Positions 39,937-49,734 of a stretch of 64,000 nucleotides of DNA are shown here, in pieces. This DNA is from a virus (Duplodnaviria; Caudoviricetes), in IMG/VR virus record IMGVR_UViG_3300029305_003510, positions 32,001-96,000 of that record, one strand, 5' to 3'. Positions within the stretch are counted from its first letter, which is position 1, and each line of letters opens with the position of its first letter. The notes beneath the pieces are model-generated. The model was not told the DNA's origin, made no database searches, and worked only from the letters and a program-made list of their open reading frames with translations. Both the position numbers and the translations under genes were made by a program.

Positions 39937-40818
39937 TCATTTCTTGTGTTTACCCACACGATACGCTGCTGTAATCGTATTACGCATCAACATTGCACGT
40001 GTCATTAATCCAATTCCACCAGGAACAGGAGTGTACCATAATGCATTCTTATATGTATCAGGATGAAAATCACCACACAAATTTCCATCAGCATCTCGAT
40101 TAATACCAACGTCAATAATACCAAATTCGCGATCTGTCGGCACCATATCCGGTGTAATGAAATTCGGCTTACCGACAGCGCTTACAATGATATTCGAATG
40201 TGTTGTATGCTCTTTAAGCTCCAGCGTATGAGAATGGCACACAGTGACAGTTGCATTCTTTTGCATAAATAACTGAGCCAAAGGTTTACCGACAATATCA
40301 GACCTACCGATAATTGTCACATTATAACCATGAATCATATCCAGATTATAGTATTCGAGAAGCTTCCAAATACCGGCAACAGTACACGGCAGCATATACT
40401 CATGCGGTGAGTTATCTGCATACAGAAGTCCCATATTCTCGGTAGTAATACCGTCCACATCTTTGATGGGTGAAATAGTGTTAATGATAGCAGCTCTATC
40501 ACCAGCGCTATAGAACATAGTTGGCAAAGGGAGTTGAACCATAATACCGCTAATCATATCATCCTCATTTAAGGCTTTGATGATAGAAATGATATCATTT
40601 GTGTAATTCTTATCACCGGGAAAAGAGTACACTATAGTTACAATTCCGCATTTACGAGCATCAGCTTCTTTATTTCGTACATAGATATCAGATGCAGCAT
40701 TCACACCAACCTTGATGATAGCGAGACGCGGTCTTACTGTGAACCTCTCTGCATGATCTCTAGTATCTTCCAAGATTTCGTTGGCGCACTCTTTTGCAAA
40801 TAAAATCTGCGAATTCAT
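39937..40818 (-). CDS. folD: Bifunctional methylenetetrahydrofolate dehydrogenase/cyclohydrolase
   Basis: YVRNK, GIMVQLPLP, KDVDG, PCT..GI, IIGRSDIVGKP, NATVTVCH, IDVGIN, TPVPGGIG. Confidence 0.95.
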   Translation of the reverse strand: MNSQILFAKECANEILEDTRDHAERFTVRPRLAIIKVGVNAASDIYVRNKEADARKCGIVTIVYSFPGDKNYTNDIISIIKALNEDDMISGIMVQLPLPTMFYSAGDRAAIINTISPIKDVDGITTENMGLLYADNSPHEYMLPCTVAGIWKLLEYYNLDMIHGYNVTIIGRSDIVGKPLAQLFMQKNATVTVCHSHTLELKEHTTHSNIIVSAVGKPNFITPDMVPTDREFGIIDVGINRDADGNLCGDFHPDTYKNALWYTPVPGGIGLMTRAMLMRNTITAAYRVGKHKK

Positions 40819-40822
40819 ATTC

Positions 40823-41221
40823 TTATTCCTCCTCAGAGGTAGTTTTATCCATTACATATCGCTGAGAAACAACGTCATCGGTAAATACTTGATATCCCAT
40901 TCCGGGTTCCTTGATCAACCATTCACCTTCTGCTACAACCAGGAGACGATTAGTATCTTTATTGGATACGACAAGAGTCGGATGCGTCATCCCGTTGATT
41001 TCAGGATTATCATTACCGCTAACCTGACTCTTATTGCGACTAATCATATGCCCTTCGATACCGATAGGATCACCATTAGTCAAAGCGTAGAAATCGTCTC
41101 CGATCCAATTCAGAATATCGAAAAGATTGGAGAGACGGAACTGCACGCCTTCATGTGCAGTGTGGCGAACTTCCAGGGGTCTGATGGTAGATACATTCAT
41201 ACTAGTTGCGATCATTTCCAT
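40823..41221 (-). CDS. Hypothetical protein
   Basis: 132-aa ORF, AGGAGG SD. Confidence 0.75.
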   Translation of the reverse strand: MEMIATSMNVSTIRPLEVRHTAHEGVQFRLSNLFDILNWIGDDFYALTNGDPIGIEGHMISRNKSQVSGNDNPEINGMTHPTLVVSNKDTNRLLVVAEGEWLIKEPGMGYQVFTDDVVSQRYVMDKTTSEEE

Positions 41222-41235
41222 AGTTAATTACCTCC

Positions 41236-41904
41236 TTAGAATTGGTACAGATCGTAAGCTTTCATAAAGTCATTCATATCAGACTTATAAGTTTCAACAG
41301 ATCCATCTCGTTTATAAACGAGAATCTTGAATTTGAAATCATAGTCTGTATACGCACAACATTGAGCCTGTATCTCATAAACACCCTCCACACCTTTTCG
41401 GTGGAAGTTTATGAAATTGGCAAGCTCATTAATATTATCAATGACAGTATCAGTTTGGTATACGTCCATTACCTCAACTTCACCGTCATATGATGCACGG
41501 AGTTTAAAACTGATAGCAATCTTATCAATCTCCATCAGTCTTAGATATGCTTTTAGAGAAATACGCATATACATATGCTCAGTTGCATTAACCAGCACAT
41601 ATAGATCATCATACTTTTTCTGAAGCTCTTTCAACTTCTTGAGATCAAATCGAGTGCTACTAATAATAACCTTGGGTTTACCATCTTTACTATAAATAGC
41701 AAGATTGTCAAACTTCACAAAATGGAAGTCCTTTACAAAACGGCTGGACTTCCATTTCTTGAGTTTCTTCCAAAGCCAATGCTTCCAAGAACCCTTCTTA
41801 AACTCAGGAGCTTTAATCTCTTTCTCTTTTGATTTCTTATCTTTCTTCGATTTCTCTTCACTCTTACGCGGAACGAGAGTGAAGAACTCATCTTTCTTGC
41901 TCAC
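41236..41904 (-). CDS. Hypothetical protein with N-terminal DEFFTLVPR tag
   Basis: 222-aa ORF overlapping the upstream stop codon (translational coupling). Confidence 0.8.
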   Translation of the reverse strand: MSKKDEFFTLVPRKSEEKSKKDKKSKEKEIKAPEFKKGSWKHWLWKKLKKWKSSRFVKDFHFVKFDNLAIYSKDGKPKVIISSTRFDLKKLKELQKKYDDLYVLVNATEHMYMRISLKAYLRLMEIDKIAISFKLRASYDGEVEVMDVYQTDTVIDNINELANFINFHRKGVEGVYEIQAQCCAYTDYDFKFKILVYKRDGSVETYKSDMNDFMKAYDLYQF

Positions 41905-42626
41905 AACGTCACCCTTCCTTTCTCGTCTACGTTGATATTGAGTAAATCAAAAATCTTCTGAGGATTACCAGCTACGACATCGTATGTATAGTCATCATAC
42001 ACAACAATAGCTTTCAATGTTATAGTAACCACCTCAAGATGCTCTTTATTACACATTTTAATATAGCGATCAATATTTACGTACATCATACGCTGAATGA
42101 TCTCAAGAGCTTGTTTTAATTCAGATGGCGTATCTATAATGAGATACGGAAATGATGAATTATCTGTATCAGTTGCCAGATGATCTAACACTTTACTTTT
42201 ACCACCAATATCCATCTCAGCTCTGACCCGACACATAATACCAACACGTTTGATATGTCGAACTTTTCTAGAACATTCACATTTAGCAAATGTTCCGGAA
42301 GATCGTTTCCAGTCAATAGTCTTCCCTACATTATTCCAAGCTTTATTTTGCCAAGCTTTCCGATTATATGCAGTGACTAATCTTTTAAACCCGGTATTAT
42401 TCTGATAGTCGCTAGCATAAATACGATATGTAGTAGCTCTGGTGTTCTGTTCACCTGGAGATACTCGGCCTTTCGGATAATATAAATAATTATCACCAAC
42501 AGGTAGACCTTTTCTGGGAGATGCGATTTCACCAGGTTCATTCTTAGAATCAAATGATATATCTGATCCAATTCGTTTTAGAATAATGAACCCATCGTCA
42601 TCTCGATATTGACTCTTTTTACTCAC
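41901..42626 (-). CDS. Hypothetical basic protein with N-terminal RDDDGFIILKRI tag
   Basis: 241-aa ORF, GGAGG SD. Confidence 0.8.
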   Translation of the reverse strand: MSKKSQYRDDDGFIILKRIGSDISFDSKNEPGEIASPRKGLPVGDNYLYYPKGRVSPGEQNTRATTYRIYASDYQNNTGFKRLVTAYNRKAWQNKAWNNVGKTIDWKRSSGTFAKCECSRKVRHIKRVGIMCRVRAEMDIGGKSKVLDHLATDTDNSSFPYLIIDTPSELKQALEIIQRMMYVNIDRYIKMCNKEHLEVVTITLKAIVVYDDYTYDVVAGNPQKIFDLLNINVDEKGRVTL

Positions 42627-42808
42627 ACAACTTCCTCCAATTTCCGCAGAATTATATCATCGTCTGTATATGTTTCAGAAAAGAATAAACTCAGAGGTTT
42701 AGCGCATAGGTTCTACTTATAGGTAGATAGAATATGCTTATAGCATAAACATAAAGGTAGAATAAAGAGAAGAAAGTAATATAAAGAAAGAGAAAATAAG
42801 AGATTTAA

Positions 42809-42941
42809 TGTTTTTCGGTGGACAGCTCTTAAAGAGCGCAGTGGAGGTTCTCCGTGGCCTCCTCAAAAGGCCTAAGGAGAATCGCGAAACGAGCAAATAA
42901 ATAACCGGAGCCCACTTAATTTCTTAGTCCACCGAAAAACA
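42809..42941. repeat. Perfect 15-bp long-range inverted repeat enclosing nested hairpins
   Basis: TGTTTTTCGGTGGAC (42809-42823) / GTCCACCGAAAAACA (42927-42941). Confidence 0.85.
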
Positions 42942-42954
42942 AAGCAAGCAAAAA

Positions 42955-42993
42955 GAATAATACATGTAAACATTGCGTTTACATGTATTATTC
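42955..42993. repeat. Perfect 17-bp inverted repeat with a 5-nt loop
   Basis: GAATAATACATGTAAAC-attgc-GTTTACATGTATTATTC; each arm contains the palindrome TACATGTA. Confidence 0.9.
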
Positions 42994-43119
42994 AAATTTT
43001 GAGATAAAATTATTAAAATTTCTAAATAAATCAAAAATTACTATTCGATAATACAGATAACAACTAGATAAATAATCATCTGAATCTATCAGAAATGAAA
43101 GGAGTTATTTGATAATACT

Positions 43120-43686
43120 ATGATTAACATCATAACTTCTAATCCAACAATTATTAAGAATATACAAGACTATACAGATAACTTCATCGTCGTACATTTG
43201 ATGGAATGTACTCTGATTCCGTTATCTGTTCAAACCAGTGGATACAAGTTTAATATCTATCATCAAGATGGAATAGATTTATCAGAATATGAAGAATATA
43301 AAAGTTCTTCTAATCTGAGATTTGAATTTATTCCTGTGCGAGCTATTTCAGAAGCTCTAGACAAAATCATTGAGACTATCGCACGGGAAGAAGAGCAAGC
43401 ACGAACCGAGGCTGAAAAATTCAATGAAAATCAAGAAGAACTGATGATAGCCTCGGTCGTTGACATGAGTTGGAATAAACTCGGGATAAACTACATCAAC
43501 AATAGACTCGCTCAGCATGATTGCGAGTCCTCCTGTCTGAATTTATATCAGTATCTTCGGGTGGGATCTATTCAGAGTCTAGCCGACATACTGAAAGGTC
43601 GGCTCCAAAGTGATTTTGTTTATCCCGAAGATCCTGTTGCATTTAGTTACGCAATCATGCGAGTCCTGAATGGGGTGAGCATGTGA
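43120..43686 (+). CDS. Hypothetical protein
   Basis: 188-aa ORF, AAAGGAG SD, AACAACTAGATA late motif at 43059-43070. Confidence 0.75.
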   Translation: MINIITSNPTIIKNIQDYTDNFIVVHLMECTLIPLSVQTSGYKFNIYHQDGIDLSEYEEYKSSSNLRFEFIPVRAISEALDKIIETIAREEEQARTEAEKFNENQEELMIASVVDMSWNKLGINYINNRLAQHDCESSCLNLYQYLRVGSIQSLADILKGRLQSDFVYPEDPVAFSYAIMRVLNGVSM

Positions 43687-44420
43687 GAATACCACATATC
43701 AATAAACTACGACTCGAATCAATAGATAAAGCACCTTCGGCCGAGATTGAAGTTGCTATTGAACCAAGTGTATACCTCGACGATCTCGGCCTCTTTGAAG
43801 ACAAGAAAGAATATATCAAATGGGTTATTCGAATGAAGAAGCTCATACGAGATTCTTTCGAGTATGAAGAGTTGATTTATTTCCTGAAGAGAAAGAGAGG
43901 AATGGATCGATGCGGTGTACATCCAAACCAGACGATATGGGATGGATTCCGCATTGAATTACATCATACACCTTTCTGTTTGGAAGATATTGTACATATC
44001 GTGACAAATAAGAGAAAGCAGCGCGGAGAATCCATGAAGATGGGTGATATCGCCCATGAGATCATGGAATTACATTATCTTGGTCTGGTTGGACTATATC
44101 CACTCTGTATGATTTGTCACTATTTCTGCCACTCGGATGAGGGTGACTCTCTATTTATTCCACTTGAAAATGTTTTCGGTGATCCAGAAAAATTCTATGA
44201 AATGTATAGGCCATATGCCACGGAAGGTATACAGACGAAGTGGAATAACTTGGTTCAGTTGAATAAAGGATATCATCTGATAACAGAAACCATTCCGATC
44301 GAACTTCAGAAGAAATACATTTACGTAAAACCCACAGATAAGAAGGGTAAGAAAGCTGATTTTGAAGTGGTCAGCACTACCAAGTTGGTGGATTTTATCA
44401 ATGAGATCAATAAGAAATAA
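43683..44420 (+). CDS. Conserved jumbo-phage HNH-like protein (paralog of 51131-51775)
   Basis: C..., IELHH.PF.L.DI, H...VGL.PLC..CH..CH pattern. Confidence 0.55.
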   Translation: MRIPHINKLRLESIDKAPSAEIEVAIEPSVYLDDLGLFEDKKEYIKWVIRMKKLIRDSFEYEELIYFLKRKRGMDRCGVHPNQTIWDGFRIELHHTPFCLEDIVHIVTNKRKQRGESMKMGDIAHEIMELHYLGLVGLYPLCMICHYFCHSDEGDSLFIPLENVFGDPEKFYEMYRPYATEGIQTKWNNLVQLNKGYHLITETIPIELQKKYIYVKPTDKKGKKADFEVVSTTKLVDFINEINKK

Positions 44421-44423
44421 AGA

Positions 44424-44453
44424 ATGAGTGAGATGTTAAATCGTCTCACTCAT
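44424..44453 (+). terminator. Intrinsic terminator
   Basis: ATGAGTGAGATG/CGTCTCACTCAT plus T-run. Confidence 0.75.
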
Positions 44454-44511
44454 CTTTCTTTTTCGCCTATATACTATAATGATGAAGATTATAGAAGAAA
44501 GGAGGACATGT

Positions 44512-45147
44512 ATGGGCAATTCGCCAGAGTATATTGTCTTCACAGATGCGTCATTGAGACGAAATAAGACAAGATCCTATTGTGCTTTCGGTGTTGTTGT
44601 ATTAAATCTAAAGACACTGGAATACGCCTCATTTGGGGCAGAGTTAGGAAGCCGCACAGTTACGTTTGGAGAGGGCTGGGCGGTGTATCGTGGAATTCAA
44701 GCTGTCTGTAATATCGTTGATAAGAAACGGAAAGATCCCATACAGATTTTAGTGGTGACGGACAGTAAGCTTACAGTGAAAGTTTTAAGTGAGTATATCC
44801 CGTTTGTGTGGGATACAAAAAATTGGGAGAACTGGAAGAAAGTAGATGGTTCTCCAGTAAAGAATCAAGGATTATATCGAAAGATAGTGGCATTGATTAA
44901 TGATCATCCCGAGATCCATCCTCGCATTGCTCATATCAATTCTCATCAGTCAGATAATGATTGGGAGAAGATTCAGAGTAAGTTGAAGAAGTATGGTATC
45001 AATGCTGACCCAAAAACAACACGTGTCTTTATGAATATGAATGATCTGGCAGATTCTATCTGTCAGGGCATCACAAAGAAGATGCGAGATGAAGAAGAGA
45101 AGACCGGTGAATTTATCCGGTTAATACCGAAAGGAGAACTAAAATGA
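44512..45147 (+). CDS. rnhA: Ribonuclease HI-like protein with C-terminal GEFIRLIPK tag
   Basis: FTDAS, GE..AV, TDSK, WKK.DG.PVKN..L, HINSH, N..AD; ATG at 44512 after AGGAGG. Confidence 0.85.
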   Translation: MGNSPEYIVFTDASLRRNKTRSYCAFGVVVLNLKTLEYASFGAELGSRTVTFGEGWAVYRGIQAVCNIVDKKRKDPIQILVVTDSKLTVKVLSEYIPFVWDTKNWENWKKVDGSPVKNQGLYRKIVALINDHPEIHPRIAHINSHQSDNDWEKIQSKLKKYGINADPKTTRVFMNMNDLADSICQGITKKMRDEEEKTGEFIRLIPKGELK

Positions 45148-45533
45148 GAATGTTATTGGTAGGCCAAGCTAAAGATAGTAATGACATCGTCTATGGTGTA
45201 TCTCTTAACGGAAAAACTCTTGTAGAAATACTCGGAACATCACAAGGACCAATCACTCCTGCTGAATTAGTTCGGATCTGCAAAGAAAATGATTGTAAGA
45301 TTACAGCCGAACAGTATTTCACATATGCGAGCCTATTTATTAGGGTTATGACCGCACATCAATATGTATCATGGACAAGAGAGTCTATGAATGGTATTAT
45401 TGCAATGATGCAAGATGAGGATTGTGAGGGTATGTTGGATGAGTTTTTCAATTCTGACAACTATCCTCTCATGGAAGATCTTATGGGAGTCTTTGCTGAT
45501 ACTGACACATATCAGATTGTCCCGAAGGATTAA
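45144..45533 (+). CDS. Hypothetical protein
   Basis: 129-aa ORF coupled to the RNase H gene. Confidence 0.75.
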   Translation: MRMLLVGQAKDSNDIVYGVSLNGKTLVEILGTSQGPITPAELVRICKENDCKITAEQYFTYASLFIRVMTAHQYVSWTRESMNGIIAMMQDEDCEGMLDEFFNSDNYPLMEDLMGVFADTDTYQIVPKD

Positions 45534-45578
45534 ATCTTCGAGTATAAATTATATAGACAGAGGAGGTGAAGCCCGTGT

Positions 45579-46439
45579 ATGACAGAACCTAAGAGAAGAA
45601 GTTGCGCAAGTAGACTTCATGCATTACAAGATGATTTCGGTTTGTCGGAAAAAGAACTTAAACAAGCCGTACGAGAGGTATCAAGACCTCGTGAAGTAAA
45701 ACTTCCAACCTTCCATGAGAAGGTTTCGAAGAAAGAAAAGATGCGCCGGGAACTTGAAACGCCCGGAAACAAACAGCATAAGTATATGATTGCTTACTGG
45801 TATTTGGAGGAATACCTTGAGCCTGAATATTCCCATGATGTGTATCGTAAGCATCAAGATTTCAAAGATTTGATTCAGTATGCTTATGAACAGGCTATGG
45901 GTGTAATACAGATAGGAACATACATCGTTAATACTGACCTTAATCCTCTTACAGCATTTCCTGATCCGCCGGATGATGAATTGGATATTCCTGAAATTCA
46001 ATGGAATGAGTTTGATGTATATTGTAAGAAGCATCCATTGAAAGGTGGAGCCAAAGATATCTTCAAACGGCGTAAGAGATTTAAGAAATATTTGCATAAG
46101 AGACGTGGTCGTTATTATTCCAAGAAGAGAATGCGAATGTATGATCCCTTGTTCGCAATGACAGTCGTGGACGAGAAAGAAATGCTTAAAAATCTCGAAC
46201 GCATAACCCGTGAAAATGAACTTCGTGTGAAAAAGTTCCATGAGATGTTGGATTCTCTTGTATCTGATAGATCGATTGGAGCAGAAGCCATGAAGAAGTT
46301 CGATAAGCAAACTAAAGATATTATGTCCCAGCATCGAAAACGATTGAACTCATTCATGAAACAAATTGGACAGAAACCTACACCAGTGACGTTCGATTTT
46401 GATGATGAGCCCTCAATTACCTATGATGGTTGGGATTGA
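45579..46439 (+). CDS. Hypothetical basic protein
   Basis: 286-aa ORF, GGAGGTG SD. Confidence 0.8.
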   Translation: MTEPKRRSCASRLHALQDDFGLSEKELKQAVREVSRPREVKLPTFHEKVSKKEKMRRELETPGNKQHKYMIAYWYLEEYLEPEYSHDVYRKHQDFKDLIQYAYEQAMGVIQIGTYIVNTDLNPLTAFPDPPDDELDIPEIQWNEFDVYCKKHPLKGGAKDIFKRRKRFKKYLHKRRGRYYSKKRMRMYDPLFAMTVVDEKEMLKNLERITRENELRVKKFHEMLDSLVSDRSIGAEAMKKFDKQTKDIMSQHRKRLNSFMKQIGQKPTPVTFDFDDEPSITYDGWD

Positions 46440-46456
46440 TGAGGGGTGAATAATAA

Positions 46457-46729
46457 ATGAAGATGGTATATGAGCCAGGAGAGAAAGAGCAATTTTCTAA
46501 TATGAAGAGTTACTTGTTCAATGAATCTCTTTCTGAGCGGATTTATAGCTTAGATTTTAAAGTAACGAATCCAGCTTTAGCCGAGTATATTCTGATAGCT
46601 ATGATGAATGGAAAATTGTCAGAAGTTGATATAGGTATTGATATACAGAGCATCAATATCATGTCACTGGCTGAGACAAAGATCCTGAAAGAAAAGCTTC
46701 ATCAAATGATTGAAGATCTTATGCCTTAG
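46457..46729 (+). CDS. Small hypothetical protein
   Basis: 90-aa ORF, GGGGTG SD. Confidence 0.7.
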   Translation: MKMVYEPGEKEQFSNMKSYLFNESLSERIYSLDFKVTNPALAEYILIAMMNGKLSEVDIGIDIQSINIMSLAETKILKEKLHQMIEDLMP

Positions 46730-46789
46730 ACGGATCTCAGTTTTGTGTATATATTATAATAGGGATAAAAGACAAAGTGAGGTCATTCT

Positions 46790-48502
46790 ATGGCTAAGAA
46801 AAATAAGATCAAAAAAGATTCAAGTAACAAGAATAGTAAGAACGAATCCAAGCTCTCTAAGAAACGATTGCTCAGTAGCGAATACGAGCAGTATAAGCGG
46901 ATTGGAGAAATTGACCGTTCCCAAAATTGGTTGGAGTTATTTACTCCAACCGTGGTCCAAGACCTTTTCGAAATCATGCACTCCTGTTCGGATAATCAGC
47001 TCAAATCTGATTATATTCGTAAGGAGTTAGCATATTATGGATTCGAGCCCGTCGGACTCGGAACCAATATTTATACTATGCACAATCCGGCATATCCTGG
47101 AGTAATATTCAAATTTGCTCTGGATGACAATGGTTTGGCAGATAACTTCAATGACACATTACTGCAGGACCTTGTCAATGATTTTCTGGTGAACGAGTGT
47201 GGCGATAAGCCAAGATATACTCGAGTAGTAGCCAGACATCCGTCTGCAATCGTATCTGTACAAGAGCGCAAAGTTGTGGTTGCAGATCAAGATCGTATGG
47301 ACACATTTCGTGGAAGTATCCTTAAAACTCTACAGAAATTGTCCATGAAGTTTATGATCATCGATCTTTCACCATCGTTATATCACCTGAATTATGGTAT
47401 TGACCGTAATGGTGATTGGTGTTTTGTCGATGCGTCAGATCTCTATCCATTAGCAAATATCGATAAAAAGGTTCGATGTAACAAAGCTGTTGGATGGAAT
47501 GATAAGAAGCGCGAGGTGAGACGTTGTGGTGGACGTTTAAGATATAACGAAGACTTCAGCAATATCATCTGTGAAAACTGTGGGACAGAGTTTCTGCCAT
47601 TAGAGATTCGACCCAAAGATAAGGAGGAAAAAGGACGAATGGCAAATAGTATTTGCGATGGTATCTCGATCGAAGAGAGAGAAGAGATGCGCAGAGCCGA
47701 GATGAGAGAAATTCTCGGCGAAACTCCCCAGGATATTGACGATATGGACACCGAAGAGACGGTTGAGGAAACCTCTCGGAATCATATCGAACAGCCTGCG
47801 GCGAAGAATCCTCTGCCCACTAAGCAGAGACCTGCTACAATCTTCGTAACGCCTGCACCTGCTAGCGAAGATGATGACGACGATGGCGTAGAAGCGCCGG
47901 TTGTTCGTGAACCCAGCGAAGAGGTACGTCAAGAGACATCTACATCCTTCTCTGAATATCTGGGACGTAGACCTACTCCCGAGGTATTGGATGAGGATGA
48001 CTATGAAGAAGATCCTCTTGGAAATGATGAGGAAGATGAGCATGTTGTGCTCGCATATGCTCGTGAAGGAACTGAGTTTCCTGATCCTGACATGGAGGAA
48101 GATAATGATTCTGATGAGGACGAAGACGAGTCCGATGATGTAGAGGATGAATCTGATTCCATGGAGCCTGTTGATGAAGAAGATGCGACTGAGGAAGAGC
48201 TGGAACCGGTTGAACCTAAGATCACATACTCTGTCGTCAATTATGATCCCAAACATGCGCTCGGTTCACATATCGGACTGACTGACAGTGGCACTTTCCC
48301 TGGAATCCTGATGCATATCGAAGGTGACTTCGAGGAAGCATTCAAGGAGTACGGTCTCAGTCTGTATGTGAAGATCGGCGACGACTCTACGATTACTCAG
48401 GCAATCAGTGCAGAGGTATTCCGTAAGATCCTGGCTGATGTAGTTCCTGAGATCATTGAAGAACAGGAAGCCTATGAGCGTAGCCGTAAGGCGTATTATT
48501 AA
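46790..48502 (+). CDS. Protein-kinase-like domain + Zn-ribbon + long acidic disordered tail
   Basis: G.GTN loop, VIFKFALD lysine, DLS....NYG catalytic loop, FVD motif; C..CGG...C..CG; D/E-rich C-terminal half. Confidence 0.6.
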   Translation: MAKKNKIKKDSSNKNSKNESKLSKKRLLSSEYEQYKRIGEIDRSQNWLELFTPTVVQDLFEIMHSCSDNQLKSDYIRKELAYYGFEPVGLGTNIYTMHNPAYPGVIFKFALDDNGLADNFNDTLLQDLVNDFLVNECGDKPRYTRVVARHPSAIVSVQERKVVVADQDRMDTFRGSILKTLQKLSMKFMIIDLSPSLYHLNYGIDRNGDWCFVDASDLYPLANIDKKVRCNKAVGWNDKKREVRRCGGRLRYNEDFSNIICENCGTEFLPLEIRPKDKEEKGRMANSICDGISIEEREEMRRAEMREILGETPQDIDDMDTEETVEETSRNHIEQPAAKNPLPTKQRPATIFVTPAPASEDDDDDGVEAPVVREPSEEVRQETSTSFSEYLGRRPTPEVLDEDDYEEDPLGNDEEDEHVVLAYAREGTEFPDPDMEEDNDSDEDEDESDDVEDESDSMEPVDEEDATEEELEPVEPKITYSVVNYDPKHALGSHIGLTDSGTFPGILMHIEGDFEEAFKEYGLSLYVKIGDDSTITQAISAEVFRKILADVVPEIIEEQEAYERSRKAYY

Positions 48503-48599
48503 GTGATTACTGGCTGGAAATTAAATATAACCAGTCATGATCATAGATATCCCCGCAACCCCATACCATTCTGTAAACTAAATTAAGGAGGAATTAATA

Positions 48600-49667
48600 A
48601 TGGTATTCATTCTGAACGAACAGAAGGCCACCAAGATTTTCGAGAACTATCGGAATGTGGCCGCCTTTACCCTGTCCAAGGGCCTGAAGGGTGCAACCAT
48701 CGGTGATCTGGAGGTTTCCTACGAGAAGCTGAATTTCCTGCCCGATGAGGACACTATCAACGCGATCAAGTCCGGCGACATGAAGCTGAAGAAGGTCATC
48801 AAGAAGGCCCTCAAGGCTCTGTATTCTCCCAGCATGGATAATGCGGCTATTGGTCTGGGCATGACTCAGCTGGTCACTATCCTGTCCAATAATCGTAAGG
48901 CTAAGCGCGGTCCCGCTGTTCTGGTCTTCGTGACTGACGAGGAGGATACTGCTCGCAACAAGATCATGACCAAGTATATCACTGCTCTTCTGAATGCTTT
49001 TGGTCTCAATCCCATCACTAAGGGCAAGGTTGTCAATAAGCTGTTCAAGAAGCGCAAGAAGGCTAAGGAGAAGGTCATTGAGTTCTCCAAGAAAAAGGAT
49101 TCCGGCTGCAATCTGTCCCGCAAGGGTGTTGAGCTGAAGCGTATCAATTACGTCTTCTATGAGCTGGAGATGCGTCAGTCTGCTATGACCAATATGGATC
49201 TGCGTGATATGGATAGCAGCGCTGCTGAAGCCTGCACCAAGAGCCTGCTGAAGGTTTATACCGCGGAGAACCTGAAGGAAGTGGACAAGAAGATTGCTAA
49301 GCGTTTGGCCAAGAAGGATAAGACCGCGGTTAAGGCTTATCAGAGCTTGAATGAGATCCTGGTCTCTATGAACGCTGATCTGAAGATGCCCAAGGTCAAG
49401 TTTGGCCAGAAGAAGAAGAAGGGCAAGGCTGTTGGTCCTAAGGTCAATACCAAGAAGTTCAAGAAGTTCTTCACCAAGAAGCGTAATCGCGGCATGCTGC
49501 TGCTGATCTATGCTCACACCCTGGCTGTAATGCTGGGCCTGGAGATTGGTTCCAAGGACTACAACTCCTACATGAAGGGTGTTTGCAACTCCTTCAAGGA
49601 GGGCTTCGGTAAGGAGTTTACCGCAGCTGCGACCGCTTATGCCAAGGGCGAGAACGCTGTCGGTTAA
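48600..49667 (+). CDS. Very highly expressed Lys-rich hypothetical protein
   Basis: 355 aa, extreme AAG/CTG codon bias, AAGGAGG SD, own terminator at 49685-49715. Confidence 0.85.
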   Translation: MVFILNEQKATKIFENYRNVAAFTLSKGLKGATIGDLEVSYEKLNFLPDEDTINAIKSGDMKLKKVIKKALKALYSPSMDNAAIGLGMTQLVTILSNNRKAKRGPAVLVFVTDEEDTARNKIMTKYITALLNAFGLNPITKGKVVNKLFKKRKKAKEKVIEFSKKKDSGCNLSRKGVELKRINYVFYELEMRQSAMTNMDLRDMDSSAAEACTKSLLKVYTAENLKEVDKKIAKRLAKKDKTAVKAYQSLNEILVSMNADLKMPKVKFGQKKKKGKAVGPKVNTKKFKKFFTKKRNRGMLLLIYAHTLAVMLGLEIGSKDYNSYMKGVCNSFKEGFGKEFTAAATAYAKGENAVG

Positions 49668-49734
49668 TTAAATCCGATTGGCAGAAAGAGCGGGGTCTAT
49701 GTGGCCTCGCTCTTTTTCTATTTCATAGCAGGAG

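Noticed and set aside
48600-49667. Chimallin (phage nucleus shell) or tubulin assignment
   Set aside because: Size and sequence show no recognisable similarity; nothing in this window demonstrates a phage nucleus
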